A stretch of DNA of 64,000 nucleotides from Nostoc sp. DedSLP01 (GCA_034530875.2 JAVRCJ020000021.1:84499-148498); one strand, 5' to 3'. Positions 17,798-28,944 are shown, numbered from the stretch's first letter. Numbers and translations: made by a program. Notes: generated by a model from the letters alone, not told the origin.

Positions 17798-19258
17798 ATG
17801 GCATCCATCCGCGAGTTGCACGAACAGCTGGTTACAAAACAACGTTCTGCTGTTGAAATTACCCAAGAAGCTTTAGAACGCATTCAAGCATTAGAGCCGA
17901 AATTACACAGCTTTTTATGTGTCACGGCAGAACGGGCATTAGAGCAGGCGGCTAATGTGGATGCCAAAATTGCTGCGGGAGAAGAAATTGGGCTGTTAGC
18001 AGGGATTCCTGTTGGCATTAAGGACAATATGTGTACCAAGGGGATTCCTACTACTTGCGGCTCCCGGATTTTGGAAAATTTTGTACCGCCTTATGAATCA
18101 ACGGTAACGCAAAAACTGGCGGATGCCGGGGCGGTTATGGTGGGTAAAACCAACTTGGATGAGTTTGCGATGGGTAGTTCCACAGAAAACTCTGCCTACC
18201 AAGTCACAGCTAATCCTTGGGACTTGTCGCGAGTTCCGGGTGGTTCTTCTGGTGGTTCCGCAGCAGCCGTAGCAGCCAAAGAATGTGTAGTTGCTCTCGG
18301 TTCTGATACGGGGGGTTCGATTCGCCAACCTGCCTCTTTCTGCGGTGTTGTGGGGATGAAACCAACTTATGGTTTGGTTTCGCGTTATGGTTTGGTGGCT
18401 TATGCTTCGTCTTTAGACCAAATTGGGCCGTTTGGAGGCACAGTAGAAGATGCTGCTATCTTGTTAAGTGCGATCGCAGGTTACGACCCCAAAGACTCCA
18501 CCAGCCTCAAAGTTCCCATTCCTGACTACGCTGCTAACTTAAGACCAGACTTTAAACCCAGAGGTCTGTTAAGAATTGGTGTTATTAAAGAAACTTTTGG
18601 TGAAGGTTTAGACTCCGTAGTGGAAGATGCTGTTACCAAAGCAGTAGATCGACTACAAAGTTTAGGAGCAGAGATTCATATAGTTTCCTGTCCCCGCTTT
18701 CGCTATGGCTTACCTACTTACTACATCATCGCCCCATCGGAAGCATCAGCGAACCTAGCTCGTTATGATGGCGTTAAATACGGTTACCGCGCTGCTGATG
18801 CCGATAATCTGCTATCGATGTACACTCGTACCCGCGCCAGTGGTTTTGGTACAGAAGTAAAACGCCGGATTATGATCGGCACTTACGCACTTTCGGCTGG
18901 TTATTATGACGCTTACTACCTGAAAGCCCAAAAAGTCCGGACGCTGATTAAACAAGACTTTGAAAAGGCTTTTGCCGCAGTTGATGTGTTAGTTTGTCCC
19001 ACATCTCCCACTACAGCATTTAAAGCAGGGGAAAAAACTACTGACCCCTTAAGTATGTATTTAAATGATTTAATGACTATTCCCGTAAATCTTGCTGGTT
19101 TACCTAGTTTAAGCGTGCCATGTGGTTTTGACGAGCAAGGACTACCCATAGGATTACAGCTAATTGGTAACGTGCTGCGAGAAGACCAACTTTTTCAAAT
19201 AGCCTATGCCTACGAGCAATCAACTACTTGGCATCTGCGTAAACCGCAAATATCTTGA
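17798..19258 (+). CDS. gatA: Asp-tRNA(Asn)/Glu-tRNA(Gln) amidotransferase subunit A
   Basis: Amidase signature [23 protein letters not shown] and [11 protein letters not shown]. Confidence 0.97.
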   Translation: MASIRELHEQLVTKQRSAVEITQEALERIQALEPKLHSFLCVTAERALEQAANVDAKIAAGEEIGLLAGIPVGIKDNMCTKGIPTTCGSRILENFVPPYESTVTQKLADAGAVMVGKTNLDEFAMGSSTENSAYQVTANPWDLSRVPGGSSGGSAAAVAAKECVVALGSDTGGSIRQPASFCGVVGMKPTYGLVSRYGLVAYASSLDQIGPFGGTVEDAAILLSAIAGYDPKDSTSLKVPIPDYAANLRPDFKPRGLLRIGVIKETFGEGLDSVVEDAVTKAVDRLQSLGAEIHIVSCPRFRYGLPTYYIIAPSEASANLARYDGVKYGYRAADADNLLSMYTRTRASGFGTEVKRRIMIGTYALSAGYYDAYYLKAQKVRTLIKQDFEKAFAAVDVLVCPTSPTTAFKAGEKTTDPLSMYLNDLMTIPVNLAGLPSLSVPCGFDEQGLPIGLQLIGNVLREDQLFQIAYAYEQSTTWHLRKPQIS

Positions 19259-19262
19259 AAAT

Positions 19263-19425
19263 TGGGGACTGGGGACTGGTGACTAGGAGACTCTTAAGAC
19301 ACAGAGAGAATAACTCCTAACTCAACACTCAACAGCCACTTATTAGTTTCTTGATTAAAAAATCAAGCGCTTTCTGCAATTCCCCAGTCCCCAGTCTCCA
19401 GTCACCAGTCACCAGTCCCCAGTCA
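19263..19425. repeat. Inverted STRR heptamer blocks (GGGGACT / AGTCCCC)
   Basis: TGGGGAC units after gatA face CCAGTCC/CCAGTCA units before the next stop codon. A similar block lies at 55500-55530. Confidence 0.75.
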
Positions 19426-19929
19426 CTTATTAGTCTGATTACTGACTATCGACTGTTGATTGTTATCTTCTGGAGTTATGGATTGAGCTGTAAGCGGTGC
19501 ATTAAGTGTATAAAGAAGACCAGCGGATGCACTTGCTAATAATAAGATATAGGTCAAAAGCAGAGGTATATGTATATTTCGTTTTTTATCTAAATTCTTA
19601 TGAGTATTTTTAGAACTTTGGCGGATAACATTGTTGGTTATCAGCATGTGCGATAAAGTATTGCCATCTAACCCTAAAGCGTCTCCATAGCGACGGATGA
19701 ATCCTTGAAGAAAAATAGGCTCAGGCAATTCATCAAATCGCTCTTGTTCTAATGCTTGCAAAACGCCTAATCGAATCATGGTTTGAGCAGCAATTTCTTC
19801 GATGCGTATAGATTTTTCTTCTCTTACTTGTCGTAAGTGGGTGCTTATTTCTTTTAATTGCTCTAGTTGAGCTTCGTTTAAGGGCGTCACAACTTTGTCT
19901 TCTCCTGTGTGGGCTAATTCTACTTTCAT
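19423..19929 (-). CDS. RodZ-like HTH protein with a TM helix
   Basis: LRQVREEKSI.IEEIA..T.I....LQALE...FDELPEPIFLQGFIRRYG followed by a TM. The true start may be GTG 19890. Confidence 0.8.
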   Translation of the reverse strand: MKVELAHTGEDKVVTPLNEAQLEQLKEISTHLRQVREEKSIRIEEIAAQTMIRLGVLQALEQERFDELPEPIFLQGFIRRYGDALGLDGNTLSHMLITNNVIRQSSKNTHKNLDKKRNIHIPLLLTYILLLASASAGLLYTLNAPLTAQSITPEDNNQQSIVSNQTNK

Positions 19930-20088
19930 TGAGAAGGCTTAAAGATGCATACGTAAATTTACTCGATATTTGATTTTTGAATAAATTTTTTTCACGATAA
20001 CTTAATGCTCGATTTTTAAATGCTGAGGCAGATAGAACTCAGTATTTTTTTGTTATAATACATACCTAAAAAATTAAAAAGTTCGAGC

Positions 20089-20985
20089 ATGAAAATTAAT
20101 AGTCTGCAATTTTTGATACCAGTATTTTTGCGGTTACTATTCTGGGCTGGGATAATTGCAGCATTTGCCTACTTTGCAATCTGTATATTTCTGTATATTC
20201 AACAAACTCGGTTCATTTTCTTTCCCTCTGTTGTTATCGAAAAGACGCCAGAGTTTTTTAATCTGCCTTACGAAGAGGTTTGGTTACCTGTAACTGCTAA
20301 AACAGGCAAGGTAGAACGCATTCATGGCTGGTGGATAAAAGCCAAGCAGCCCAATGCCAAGGTGTTGCTATATTTACACGGCAACGGTATCAATATTGGC
20401 GCAAATGTAGCTCATGCCAATCGGTTTCATCAGTTAGGGTTTTCGGTATTGCTGATTGATTATCGGGGTTATGGCCGCAGTGAGGGTTCGTTTCCAAATG
20501 AAAAGCGGGTTTATGAGGATGCAGTTACAGCTTGGAATTATTTGGTACGCCAACAACAGATTCCACCCAGCCAAATTTTTATTTATGGGCATTCTTTAGG
20601 CGGTGCCATCGCCATTGATTTAGCAGTGAAACATCCACAAGCTGCTGGTTTAATCGTGGAAAGCTCTTTTACCTCCATCCGCGATTTAATCGCTTATCGA
20701 AATATGTTTTGGATGTTTCCTGTAGATTTAATCTTGACACAGCGCTTTGAGTCGATTAAAAAATTGCCAAACTTAAAAATGCCCGTTTTATTCATTCATG
20801 GCACTGTCGATTCAGCTATACCCGCTTTCATGAGCCAAAAACTTTATGCAGCTGCTCCCGAACCAAAGCAACTATTATTGGTTCCAGGAGCAGACCATAA
20901 TGACACCGCTGTAGTTGGCGGTTCACAATATTTGCAATGGGTAGAGTCTTTTGTTCAACAAACTGTGGCAAGCCATAACTTCTAA
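20089..20985 (+). CDS. Alpha/beta hydrolase
   Basis: LHGNG, DYRGYGRS, GHSLGG nucleophile, HGTVD and GADHN. Confidence 0.92.
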   Translation: MKINSLQFLIPVFLRLLFWAGIIAAFAYFAICIFLYIQQTRFIFFPSVVIEKTPEFFNLPYEEVWLPVTAKTGKVERIHGWWIKAKQPNAKVLLYLHGNGINIGANVAHANRFHQLGFSVLLIDYRGYGRSEGSFPNEKRVYEDAVTAWNYLVRQQQIPPSQIFIYGHSLGGAIAIDLAVKHPQAAGLIVESSFTSIRDLIAYRNMFWMFPVDLILTQRFESIKKLPNLKMPVLFIHGTVDSAIPAFMSQKLYAAAPEPKQLLLVPGADHNDTAVVGGSQYLQWVESFVQQTVASHNF

Positions 20986-20994
20986 CGTTGTCTT

Positions 20995-21270
20995 ACACGT
21001 TTGCTCGACCTACAAATCAGGGTAGCGAAACGGGCGGTTAGAAACCGCGTCTACACAAACAAAACCCACCTGCCTGGGTTTCAACACTTTGATTTTTTAT
21101 TAGTCCGCGCACCATCCGGACGAAAGCTTGTGTAGCTAAGCCACTGCGCCCTTGCGGTTTCCCGACTTGTTCGCCCTTGGCGTTCCCGTTCCCTCGGAGA
21201 GGGTTCCCGTAGGGTAGGGTAGCAAGTGGCGCGCGAATTCCATTCGCCAAGGCTTAAGTTGACACGTATA
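20995..21270. mobile_element. Composite non-autonomous repeat element with nested small repeats
   Basis: GC-rich non-coding island ending TTAAGTTGACAC, the same end seen at 2824-2835. Confidence 0.5.
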
Positions 21271-21339
21271 CACAGCTACGATGTATATGTAACGGGTATT
21301 TCGCCAAATAGTATCAATTCATAAATCTTCATCAAAATT

Positions 21340-21381
21340 ATATTCCGATATATCGCGATATATTCCGATATATCGTATAGT
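21340..21381 (+). promoter_or_regulatory. Tandem CGATATATCG palindromes plus -10 box (probable PadR auto-operator)
   Basis: ATATTCCGATATATCG repeated with a 20-bp period (21340, 21360), followed immediately by TATAGT (21376-21381). Confidence 0.7.
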
Positions 21382-21407
21382 AGAGAAAGTTGATTGGAAA
21401 TTGATTT

Positions 21408-22034
21408 ATGTTTAGACACTTTAAATCGCACTTTAGGAAACCTGCATGGGCTGGAGTTAGCGAAGATGATTTTGTGTTTGTCAAGTCTTGGTTTGAGCAT
21501 CGCAAGCATCATGGTAGACATGAGGACAAACACTTTGGTGATGAAATGTTTGGTCGTGGTTGGGGAGAGGAATATCGGACTCGTAGAGGTGATATCAAGT
21601 TCATCTTGCTGGAGTTGTTATCCGAGCATCCGAGTCATGGTTACGACCTGATTAAAGAGATGGAAACTCGTTATGGTGGTTTCCGTCGTCTCAGTCCTGG
21701 CTCAGTCTATCCAACATTGCAATTGTTGGAGGAAGGCGGTTATTTAATTAGTTCCCAGGAAGGCGGTAAGCGGATTTACACAATTACAGATGAAGGTAGA
21801 CAACTTTTAAGAGAACGTACCCAACAAGAAACTTCAGATTCTCCTTGGGATACCTTCAAAAGTTTCATCAAAGGTAAACCCCAAGAGTTTCTTGAGTTGC
21901 GGAATGCTGCAACAGAATTAGCTGCTGTGGTGGTGCAGGTTGCTCGCAGTGGTAATGTAGAGCGAATAAATAGAGTGCGTGGGCTTTTAGAGGAAGTTAA
22001 ACGGGAAATTTACGCGATTTTGGCTGAAAAATAA
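21408..22034 (+). CDS. PadR-family transcriptional regulator (YqjI-like, His-rich N-terminus)
   Basis: RGDIKFILLELLSEHPSHGYDLIK and SPGSVYPTLQLLEE; N-terminal HRKHHGRHEDKH. Confidence 0.92.
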   Translation: MFRHFKSHFRKPAWAGVSEDDFVFVKSWFEHRKHHGRHEDKHFGDEMFGRGWGEEYRTRRGDIKFILLELLSEHPSHGYDLIKEMETRYGGFRRLSPGSVYPTLQLLEEGGYLISSQEGGKRIYTITDEGRQLLRERTQQETSDSPWDTFKSFIKGKPQEFLELRNAATELAAVVVQVARSGNVERINRVRGLLEEVKREIYAILAEK

Positions 22035-22089
22035 AATAGAGACGCTAAATTATGTAGCGTCTCTATTCTTGAAATGCTCAGTCTTGCCC

Positions 22090-22776
22090 TCAAACATTAG
22101 ATGCGATCGCGGTTAAATCTGGCTCAATGAGTGAGTTCAAGAATGTCCACAACTGCAAATCAGTAAAATCTGGTATTGCCATAAATGCGCCGATTTCCCG
22201 TAAGAGTTGGGGATTGTGAGTGGAGGCTATACCAATAGTGCGGATCTGTGCGCCTACCGCAGCGCGAATTCCAGAAGGAGAATCTTCTAGAGCGATCGCT
22301 TCCTCTGCTTGAATTCCCAAGTTATTTAAGGCAACTTTGTAGGGTGCAGGGTCGGGTTTACCTGCTATACAATCATCTGCTAAAACAATTGTATGGAAAG
22401 CTTCTTTTATCCCCAAAACTTCTAGCATAAATTCTGCATTTAATCTCGGAGCATTAGTTACTAATGCACGTTTTAACTGATGCTTTTCTGTCCATGCTAG
22501 TAGTTCCGAAAATCCACTTAGTGGTTGTAGATTGGAGGCAAGTTTGCGAAAAAGTGCCTCTTTTTCATCTGCAAATTTTTCCCCTTCTAATAGTGATAAT
22601 TGTGGCAGAATATCTCGCACAATTTCTGGATTTAGTCGCCCACTAATTCGGGATTTATAAAATGCTTCGTCAATTTCGATAGCGAAATTTGACAGCATTT
22701 CTTTCCAAGCTCGGTAGTGTATAGGATCGCTATTGACAATAGTGCCATCTAGGTCAAAGAGAATTGCAGCCAACAT
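22090..22776 (-). CDS. HAD-IA family hydrolase
   Basis: FDLDGT, KPDPAPY and LEDSPSG motifs; likely start MLAAILF at 22776. Confidence 0.92.
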   Translation of the reverse strand: MLAAILFDLDGTIVNSDPIHYRAWKEMLSNFAIEIDEAFYKSRISGRLNPEIVRDILPQLSLLEGEKFADEKEALFRKLASNLQPLSGFSELLAWTEKHQLKRALVTNAPRLNAEFMLEVLGIKEAFHTIVLADDCIAGKPDPAPYKVALNNLGIQAEEAIALEDSPSGIRAAVGAQIRTIGIASTHNPQLLREIGAFMAIPDFTDLQLWTFLNSLIEPDLTAIASNV

Positions 22777-22788
22777 AATTTTTTTGGT

Positions 22789-22823
22789 ACTATGTAAATA
22801 ATTGTTAACTTTATTTACATAGT
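22789..22823. promoter_or_regulatory. 13-bp perfect inverted repeat (candidate operator)
   Basis: ACTATGTAAATAA-N9-TTATTTACATAGT, 12 bp upstream of the HAD start. Confidence 0.5.
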
Positions 22824-22915
22824 TTACATTGTTTTTGTCCTTTAGCGATCGTTCTGTCAATATAGGGGACTGAGGAAGAAATTCGCTGACGAAAGATGGG
22901 ATTTGAACCAAATCT

Positions 22916-23084
22916 TAAGACGTTGTTTGAAAAGTGTTTTGCTGTGATTTTAGGCACGTTTAGATCCCCCCTAACCCCCCTTAAAAAGGGGGGAACCGGA
23001 ATCAAAGTCTCCCTTTTTAAGGGAGATTTAGAGGGATCTAGAACTTTTCGATACCAACAATAGGACTTTTCAAACATCCTCTAA
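22916..23084. mobile_element. MITE-like element with terminal inverted repeats
   Basis: Ends TAAGACGTTGTTTGAAAAGT / ACTTTTCAAACATCCTCTAA, with internal CCCCCCTTAAAAAGGGGGG hairpins. Confidence 0.75.
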
Positions 23085-23249
23085 GAGTCGCAAATTAATC
23101 TGCTAAATCTTAAACTCTATCTTCTATAACTGGATAAGACATGTAAAGGTACACAAGTACAGTCTCTTGAGTAATCAGTTAACAGCGAAAAATTGTTAAC
23201 GGATTACTGTTTTAAGTAAATTCCACATTATTGATAACCTTGTAACTAA

Positions 23250-24020
23250 ATGTTAGGTGCTACAAACTTTTTTCGCGTTGACGAGCTATTAGTGGAGATT
23301 TACAACTCTGAAGTTGAAATGGCCTTCTCAGTTGCAGAAATCACCCAAAAGTATTTACAGCAAGTTCTCAACGAACAAGATACAGCCACTGTTTTGTTAG
23401 CAACAGGTAACTCCCAACTAAAATTTCTTGATGCTTTGATTAAATTGGGCGGTGTAGATTGGTCGCGGATTACTTTGTTTCATCTAGATGAATATTTGGG
23501 AATTAGTGCCTATCATTCTGCCAGTTTCCGGCGTTATCTGCGAGAGCGTGTAGAAAAACGGATTGAGCCTCAGAAATTTCACTATATAGAAGGCGATACA
23601 TTGCAACCAGTTGGAGAATGCGATCGCTACACAAAATTATTACAAGCACAACCAATTGATTTGTGTTGTCTTGGTCTTGGCGAAAATGGACATTTGGCTT
23701 TTAACGATCCGACTGTAGCAAATTTTCAAGATCCTTACAGCGTCAAGCTAGTTAAACTAGATAAAGTTAACCGTCAGCAACAAGTAAACACCGGTCAGTT
23801 TCCAGATATTGAAGCTGTTCCCCAGTATGCGTTTACTGTTACGATTCCGATGATTTGTTCTGCGAAAAAAATTATTTGTCTTGCTCCAGAAATACGTAAA
23901 GCAAATGTGGTTAAAGAGATGTTACAAGGAGCTATAAGGACAGATTGTCCGGCTTCTATTCTTCGCCAACAATCCCAAGCAACGTTATTTTTGGATGTTA
24001 ATTCTTCTAGTCTACTTTAA
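23250..24020 (+). CDS. nagB: Glucosamine-6-phosphate deaminase family protein
   Basis: LATGNS, FHLDEY, GLGENGHLAFNDP and CPASILR. Confidence 0.8.
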   Translation: MLGATNFFRVDELLVEIYNSEVEMAFSVAEITQKYLQQVLNEQDTATVLLATGNSQLKFLDALIKLGGVDWSRITLFHLDEYLGISAYHSASFRRYLRERVEKRIEPQKFHYIEGDTLQPVGECDRYTKLLQAQPIDLCCLGLGENGHLAFNDPTVANFQDPYSVKLVKLDKVNRQQQVNTGQFPDIEAVPQYAFTVTIPMICSAKKIICLAPEIRKANVVKEMLQGAIRTDCPASILRQQSQATLFLDVNSSSLL

Positions 24021-24069
24021 GTTGTAAACTCATCTGTATCTAAATTTTTTCTTTCGTTCAGACTCTTGA

Positions 24070-24161
24070 TATAGGAGGAGGCAGAAGGCAGGAGGTAAAA
24101 CTATTATCATTCCTAGCATTCACGCTTGTCATTATGTCCTAACATATCTGACTACAGCTAT
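24070..24161. repeat. Dispersed ~90-bp element (inverted copy at 37640-37726)
   Basis: GCAGGAGGTAAAA...TTCCTAGCATT...GCTTGTCATTATGTCCTAACATATCTG matches the reverse complement of 37640-37726. Confidence 0.75.
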
Positions 24162-24448
24162 ATTACCAAAATTTAGAAAGATACAAGCCCTTTTTTGAGA
24201 AAAATAAAAGCAGCGGAAACCGCTACTCTGAGTTTAACGCTAATTTTCTGGAGAAGAAAAAATGCGAGGCAAGATAAATTTAAATCACAGGATTTATTCG
24301 CAGAGTATTCAACTTTGAATTTTGAGTTGATGGTAATTGGTCATTTGTCCTTTAAAAATATAAATGACTTATGACCAATGACAAAGAAAGAATTTAACAG
24401 CCTCTAACATCCTAAAATCAAAACTTGAGGCACGATCGGACGATTAGC

Positions 24449-25333
24449 TTATCTATAGCGAGAACCTGTTACTTCATTAGGATCGCTATAGGCTTTGGGT
24501 TTTTCGCGATTACGAGCCAGACCTGCTAAACCAGCTAGACCAAGCAAACCTAACCAACCCCAATTAGAATTGCGATCGCGATTGTCTTGGTAAGTTGTGA
24601 CACCTGTATTCCTGTTATTACCTGTGGTGTCACTATCTGGAACTGTAGTAGTACCAGTGCCCGTACCATCGCTTCCTGTAATACCAGTACCTGTACCATC
24701 TGTAGTCGTACCAGTGCCACTGCCACTACCTGTTGTACCAGTACCACCTGTGCCAGTACCTGTTGCGCCAGTACCTGTTGTATCAGTACCTGTTGTACCA
24801 GTGCCACTTGTACCACTTGTGCCTGTACCACCAATACCACTACCACCTGTGCCACTTGTGCCTGTACTACCAGTACCACTTGTGCCTGTACCACCTGTGC
24901 CAGTGCCACCAATACCACTACCACCAGTGCCACTTGTGCCTGTACCACCAATACCATCTGTACCAGTGCCACTTGTGCCTGTACCTGTTATGCCGCTACC
25001 ACCTGTGCCACTTGTGCCAGTGCCACCAATACCACCTGTACCAGTGCCACTTGTGCCTGTACCTGTTATACCGCTACCACCAGTGCCACTTGTGCCTGTA
25101 CCACCAATACCACCAGTACCACTTGTGCCTGTACCTGTTATGCCGCTACCACCAGTACCACTTGTGCCTGTACCTGTACTACCACTTGTGCCAGTTGTGG
25201 AAGTACTTCCAGAGCCAGAGCCACTACCAGAGGATCCGCTTTGGGCAGAAACAGAAATTGGTAAGGATGCAGAAGCAAAACTGATAGCAAAAAGACTAGC
25301 TAAAACAGTTTTAGATAAATCAGAAGGTCTCAT
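24449..25333 (-). CDS. WGxxGxxG-CTERM protein with a long Gly/Thr/Ser repeat
   Basis: Signal peptide, GTGTSGTGGSGI-type repeats and C-terminal NWGWLGLLGLAGLAGL followed by basic residues. Confidence 0.88.
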   Translation of the reverse strand: MRPSDLSKTVLASLFAISFASASLPISVSAQSGSSGSGSGSGSTSTTGTSGSTGTGTSGTGGSGITGTGTSGTGGIGGTGTSGTGGSGITGTGTSGTGTGGIGGTGTSGTGGSGITGTGTSGTGTDGIGGTGTSGTGGSGIGGTGTGGTGTSGTGSTGTSGTGGSGIGGTGTSGTSGTGTTGTDTTGTGATGTGTGGTGTTGSGSGTGTTTDGTGTGITGSDGTGTGTTTVPDSDTTGNNRNTGVTTYQDNRDRNSNWGWLGLLGLAGLAGLARNREKPKAYSDPNEVTGSRYR

Positions 25334-25828
25334 GATTATGGTTCCTTGTATGTTCTAGAATTGTTGCGTTTTGTTGATTCTCAAAACCGATATTACCTAC
25401 TCAACCTGCTACTTAATAGAGGTATTTTTTGGATAAACAAATTGATGAGCTTTTCACCTCAATCGAAATGTTAAAAAAACATCTGATTGGTAGAGATGAA
25501 ACTCAAAATAATCTTGGAGAGTTTTCAGCGACATTTAGAAAAATTTATAACTGTGTTTCCAAGAATGTTTTTTATTGAAAAATCATACTTTCCGCACAAT
25601 TTTAAATTATTTGCAGGCAGAATGACATAAGTGCAAGAAATCATTGACTTGGCATCCCTGTGCTTTCAAATTTACAGATTTATTGTTTATTGAATTCACT
25701 ATTAATTAGATTATATGCTGCTGTTTTTTTAAACTTCTATCATAAGAAGAAAATAAATTATATCTAAGGGTTTAATTTATTCTTGATATTCTTTTTTTTG
25801 TTATTACAATAATCATAAAAATAGCATT

Positions 25829-26050
25829 TTAGCGTTTGAAATTAGATAAGCAAGCCTCAAGATATATACAATCCTCGCATTGGATATTTTGCCCTGGATT
25901 GTTACATCCACAAGGTGGATTAATATAACATTCAGAAACATTTTTAGGTGTCGAAGACTTATTAAATATGAAGTATAAAGCTGCCTCTCGTAAGCAAAAA
26001 ATCAAATCTTGCACCATGTTATTTTGCTGCGATTGTATTTCAAGTAACAA
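25829..26050 (-). CDS. Possible small Cys-rich protein
   Basis: C-terminal CYINPPCGC...CEDCIYLEAC; start uncertain. Confidence 0.3.
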   Translation of the reverse strand: MLLEIQSQQNNMVQDLIFCLREAALYFIFNKSSTPKNVSECYINPPCGCNNPGQNIQCEDCIYLEACLSNFKR

Positions 26051-27350
26051 ATTTGCAGATACTGACTAGAAAAAACATAAAACTCTAAACAGCAAGATAC
26101 TGCTAACTGTTGAAAGTCTATGAAATATCACTTGTATATCTTCTTTCAGTTGGGAACTTATAACTTCATACTCCAGGGGTGCATTACTTTAGACTCAAGG
26201 AATATTTTTATTGTCGATTAGGTTGCAACCAAGGATATATGACAACGAACTTTAATTGCCGACTGTTAAAGATATCGCGAATATAGCAATCCGATTTGAT
26301 TGAGCGAACTTACTTGTCTGGTGCGCAAAGCGAAGCGCAAGGGCGATACACAGGTAACAGGAAGAAAATAAGCGATCGAGGTGTACTTAGTTGTTTCAAC
26401 AATAAAATATGAATTCTAAGTAGGAGGCAGGAGGCAGGAGGCAGAAGGTAAAACCCTGAATAGTAAAAGGTTTCGCTCCTTTAGATTTTATATTTAATTA
26501 TGTCCGCCTACTTATATTATTGTTTAATTCTCTTATATTAAGCCTATTAGCAAACTTCTCTAACTAGATCGCCAGTTTACTTCTGAATTCTGCGATAACC
26601 ACACCACTATCTAAAACTCTTTTGTTGTAAGCAAGCATTAAGATGCTACAATTCCGTTGCTTTGCTAATTCCTGCATCCGTAGGTTTCTGAGTGGGCTGG
26701 TTTTCTATGTATAACATAACCTTAATACTATAGTAATCGAATTTGCTTCTTGAATCAGTGGTAAAGAAAGGAAAGAAGGAACAGGGAACGGGGAACAGCA
26801 AAAAAGTGTACTTAGCTTTGCAAAAATAAAGTAGGAGTTCTACATTTGGCAAAGTATGAGATTTTCAACTGCTTACCCTGCCTTCGTCGGGTTGGGATTT
26901 GGTCTGATTGCTGTTAAGTTTTTAGAGAACCCCTCAGACTCAACCAATGCCTGAGACTAAAAATAATTTTAATTGGAATCATTATCATCTCAGGTTCTAA
27001 ATTTATCGAACTCAATTTCCTATTGCTGCAATTTCAAATCCCCAGTTTCTTAGCAAAAGTCAGGATTTGATTTTTTAACAATGATTTCACATATCTGATA
27101 TATCAATTAGAAAGCTTATTTCAGAAGATCTACGGTAACAATAACCAAAGAGATCGCGGTATTTTAATCTCAAGAAATTTCATAGATCAGCTTACAAAAC
27201 TCAAAAAGTACGATGAATTGGGGATGTAGAAGCTTTTGCGAACCTCCAGCCACCTTCTTGGTGTCTGTACCTCTACAGAAACTACCCAGAAAATTTGTTG
27301 CTTGAGATTCTAGCTTTGATGAAGATTTGTGCAGTATATAGGTTTTAATA

Positions 27351-28916
27351 GTGGAATTTTTAAATAATTTTTTATTTAGCAACCAATTTATTCCTCACGG
27401 ACATTGCTATCTCTGGAAACCGGGATTGGTATTGTTGCATCTGCTTTCAGATGTCCTAACTGGACTTGCTTATTATTCCATTCCAGTCATGCTAGTTTAT
27501 TTTGTTCGCAAACGGCGCGATGTGCCTTTTGACTGGATGTTCCTGATGTTTAGCACATTTATTGTTGCTTGTGGCACAACCCATTTAATGGATGTGTGGA
27601 CGCTTTGGTATCCTACCTATTGGCTATCAGGGTTAATTAAAGCTATCACTGCTTTTGTCTCAGTAGTTACCGCTTTAGAACTTATACCTTTAATACCCCA
27701 GGCTTTAGTTTTACCTAGTCCTGCCCAACTAGAGACAGCCAACTCCCAACTCGCAACAGAAATTGCCGAACGCAAACGGACTGAGGAGATTTTAAGGGAA
27801 AGCGAACAACGCCTTGAAAGTATGGTTGAGGAACGGACGGCAGAATTAACAAAAATTAATCAATCACTACAGGCAGAAATTACTCAACGCCAGCGAATAG
27901 AAGTAGCATTGCGGGAAAGCGAACAGCGATTTCGGTCTGCATTCGATCAAGCTGCTGTTGGCATTGCTCATGTGGGAATAGATGGAAGATGGTTGTTAGT
28001 TAATCAGAGGCTTTGCGATATTGTGGGTTACACGCCTAAAGAACTACAATCGCTCACTTTTCAAGATATTACCCACCCAGACGATTTAGAAACTGACCTG
28101 AAATATGTTGAGTATATTTTAGCAGATCGGATTCAAACTTTCTCAATGGAAAAACGTTATTTTCGCAAAGATACTTCTATTGTTTGGGTTAATCTTACGG
28201 TATCTTTAATCCGCGAATCTAGCAAAGAGCCAAAGTATTTGATTGCTGTGATTGAAGATATTAGCGATCGCAAACGCTCGCAGGAGCAAATCAAAGCATC
28301 TCTTTTAGAAAAGGAGGTGTTATTAAAAGAAATTTATCATCGCGTAAAAAATAATTTACAGGTGATTTCCAGTTTGCTAAATTTGCAATCTGCATACATC
28401 AAAAACCAAGATGATTTAGCCATATTCCAACAAAGTCAGCAGCGAATTGCATCAATAGCTTTGATTCACGAAAAATTGTATCAGTCTCAAGACTTAGCAA
28501 GAGTTAATTTCCGTGAGTATATTCAAGATTTAGTAGCCAGCTTATTTACTGCTTATGAAGTCAGTGAAGAGGCGATCGCTGTATCAATTGATATTGATGA
28601 GGATGTTTTTCTAGGCTTGGATACAGCGATTCCTTGTAGCTTAATTATCCATGAACTTGTATCCAATTCTTTAAAATATGCATTTCCAGCAGGGAGAAAT
28701 GGTTCAATTTTTATTCACCTTCATCGCAGCAGCGACAATAATTTTATCCTGAAAGTTAGCGATGACGGTATTGGTTTACCTTCAAATTTTGATTTACAAA
28801 AAATATCATCCTTAGGTTTGCAGTTAGTAGATGCTCTTACCTATCAACTATCAGGAAGCATTCAGATAAAAGGTGATATGGGAGTAGAATCTCAGTTGAC
28901 ATTTCCAATTATATAA
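27351..28916 (+). CDS. Sensor histidine kinase: ethylene-receptor-like TM domain, PAS, HisKA_2/HATPase
   Basis: SD...LAYYSIP and FIVACGTTH in the TM domain; PAS ITHPDD; H-box EIYHRVKNNLQ; HELVSNSLKYAF; DDGIG. Confidence 0.92.
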   Translation: MEFLNNFLFSNQFIPHGHCYLWKPGLVLLHLLSDVLTGLAYYSIPVMLVYFVRKRRDVPFDWMFLMFSTFIVACGTTHLMDVWTLWYPTYWLSGLIKAITAFVSVVTALELIPLIPQALVLPSPAQLETANSQLATEIAERKRTEEILRESEQRLESMVEERTAELTKINQSLQAEITQRQRIEVALRESEQRFRSAFDQAAVGIAHVGIDGRWLLVNQRLCDIVGYTPKELQSLTFQDITHPDDLETDLKYVEYILADRIQTFSMEKRYFRKDTSIVWVNLTVSLIRESSKEPKYLIAVIEDISDRKRSQEQIKASLLEKEVLLKEIYHRVKNNLQVISSLLNLQSAYIKNQDDLAIFQQSQQRIASIALIHEKLYQSQDLARVNFREYIQDLVASLFTAYEVSEEAIAVSIDIDEDVFLGLDTAIPCSLIIHELVSNSLKYAFPAGRNGSIFIHLHRSSDNNFILKVSDDGIGLPSNFDLQKISSLGLQLVDALTYQLSGSIQIKGDMGVESQLTFPII

Positions 28917-28944
28917 GTATAAATAATAAAATAAACATCCAAGT

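Noticed and set aside
22811..23077. ORFs over MITE/STRR elements (also 2615-2803, 13329-13658, 21038-21250, 33253-33489, 59770-60051)
   Set aside because: Translations of non-coding repeat elements.
24550..25358. Long Cys-rich, Val/Pro-rich and Tyr/His-rich alternative-frame ORFs
   Set aside because: Shadow frames of the Gly/Thr repeat gene, which has the signal peptide and CTERM motif.
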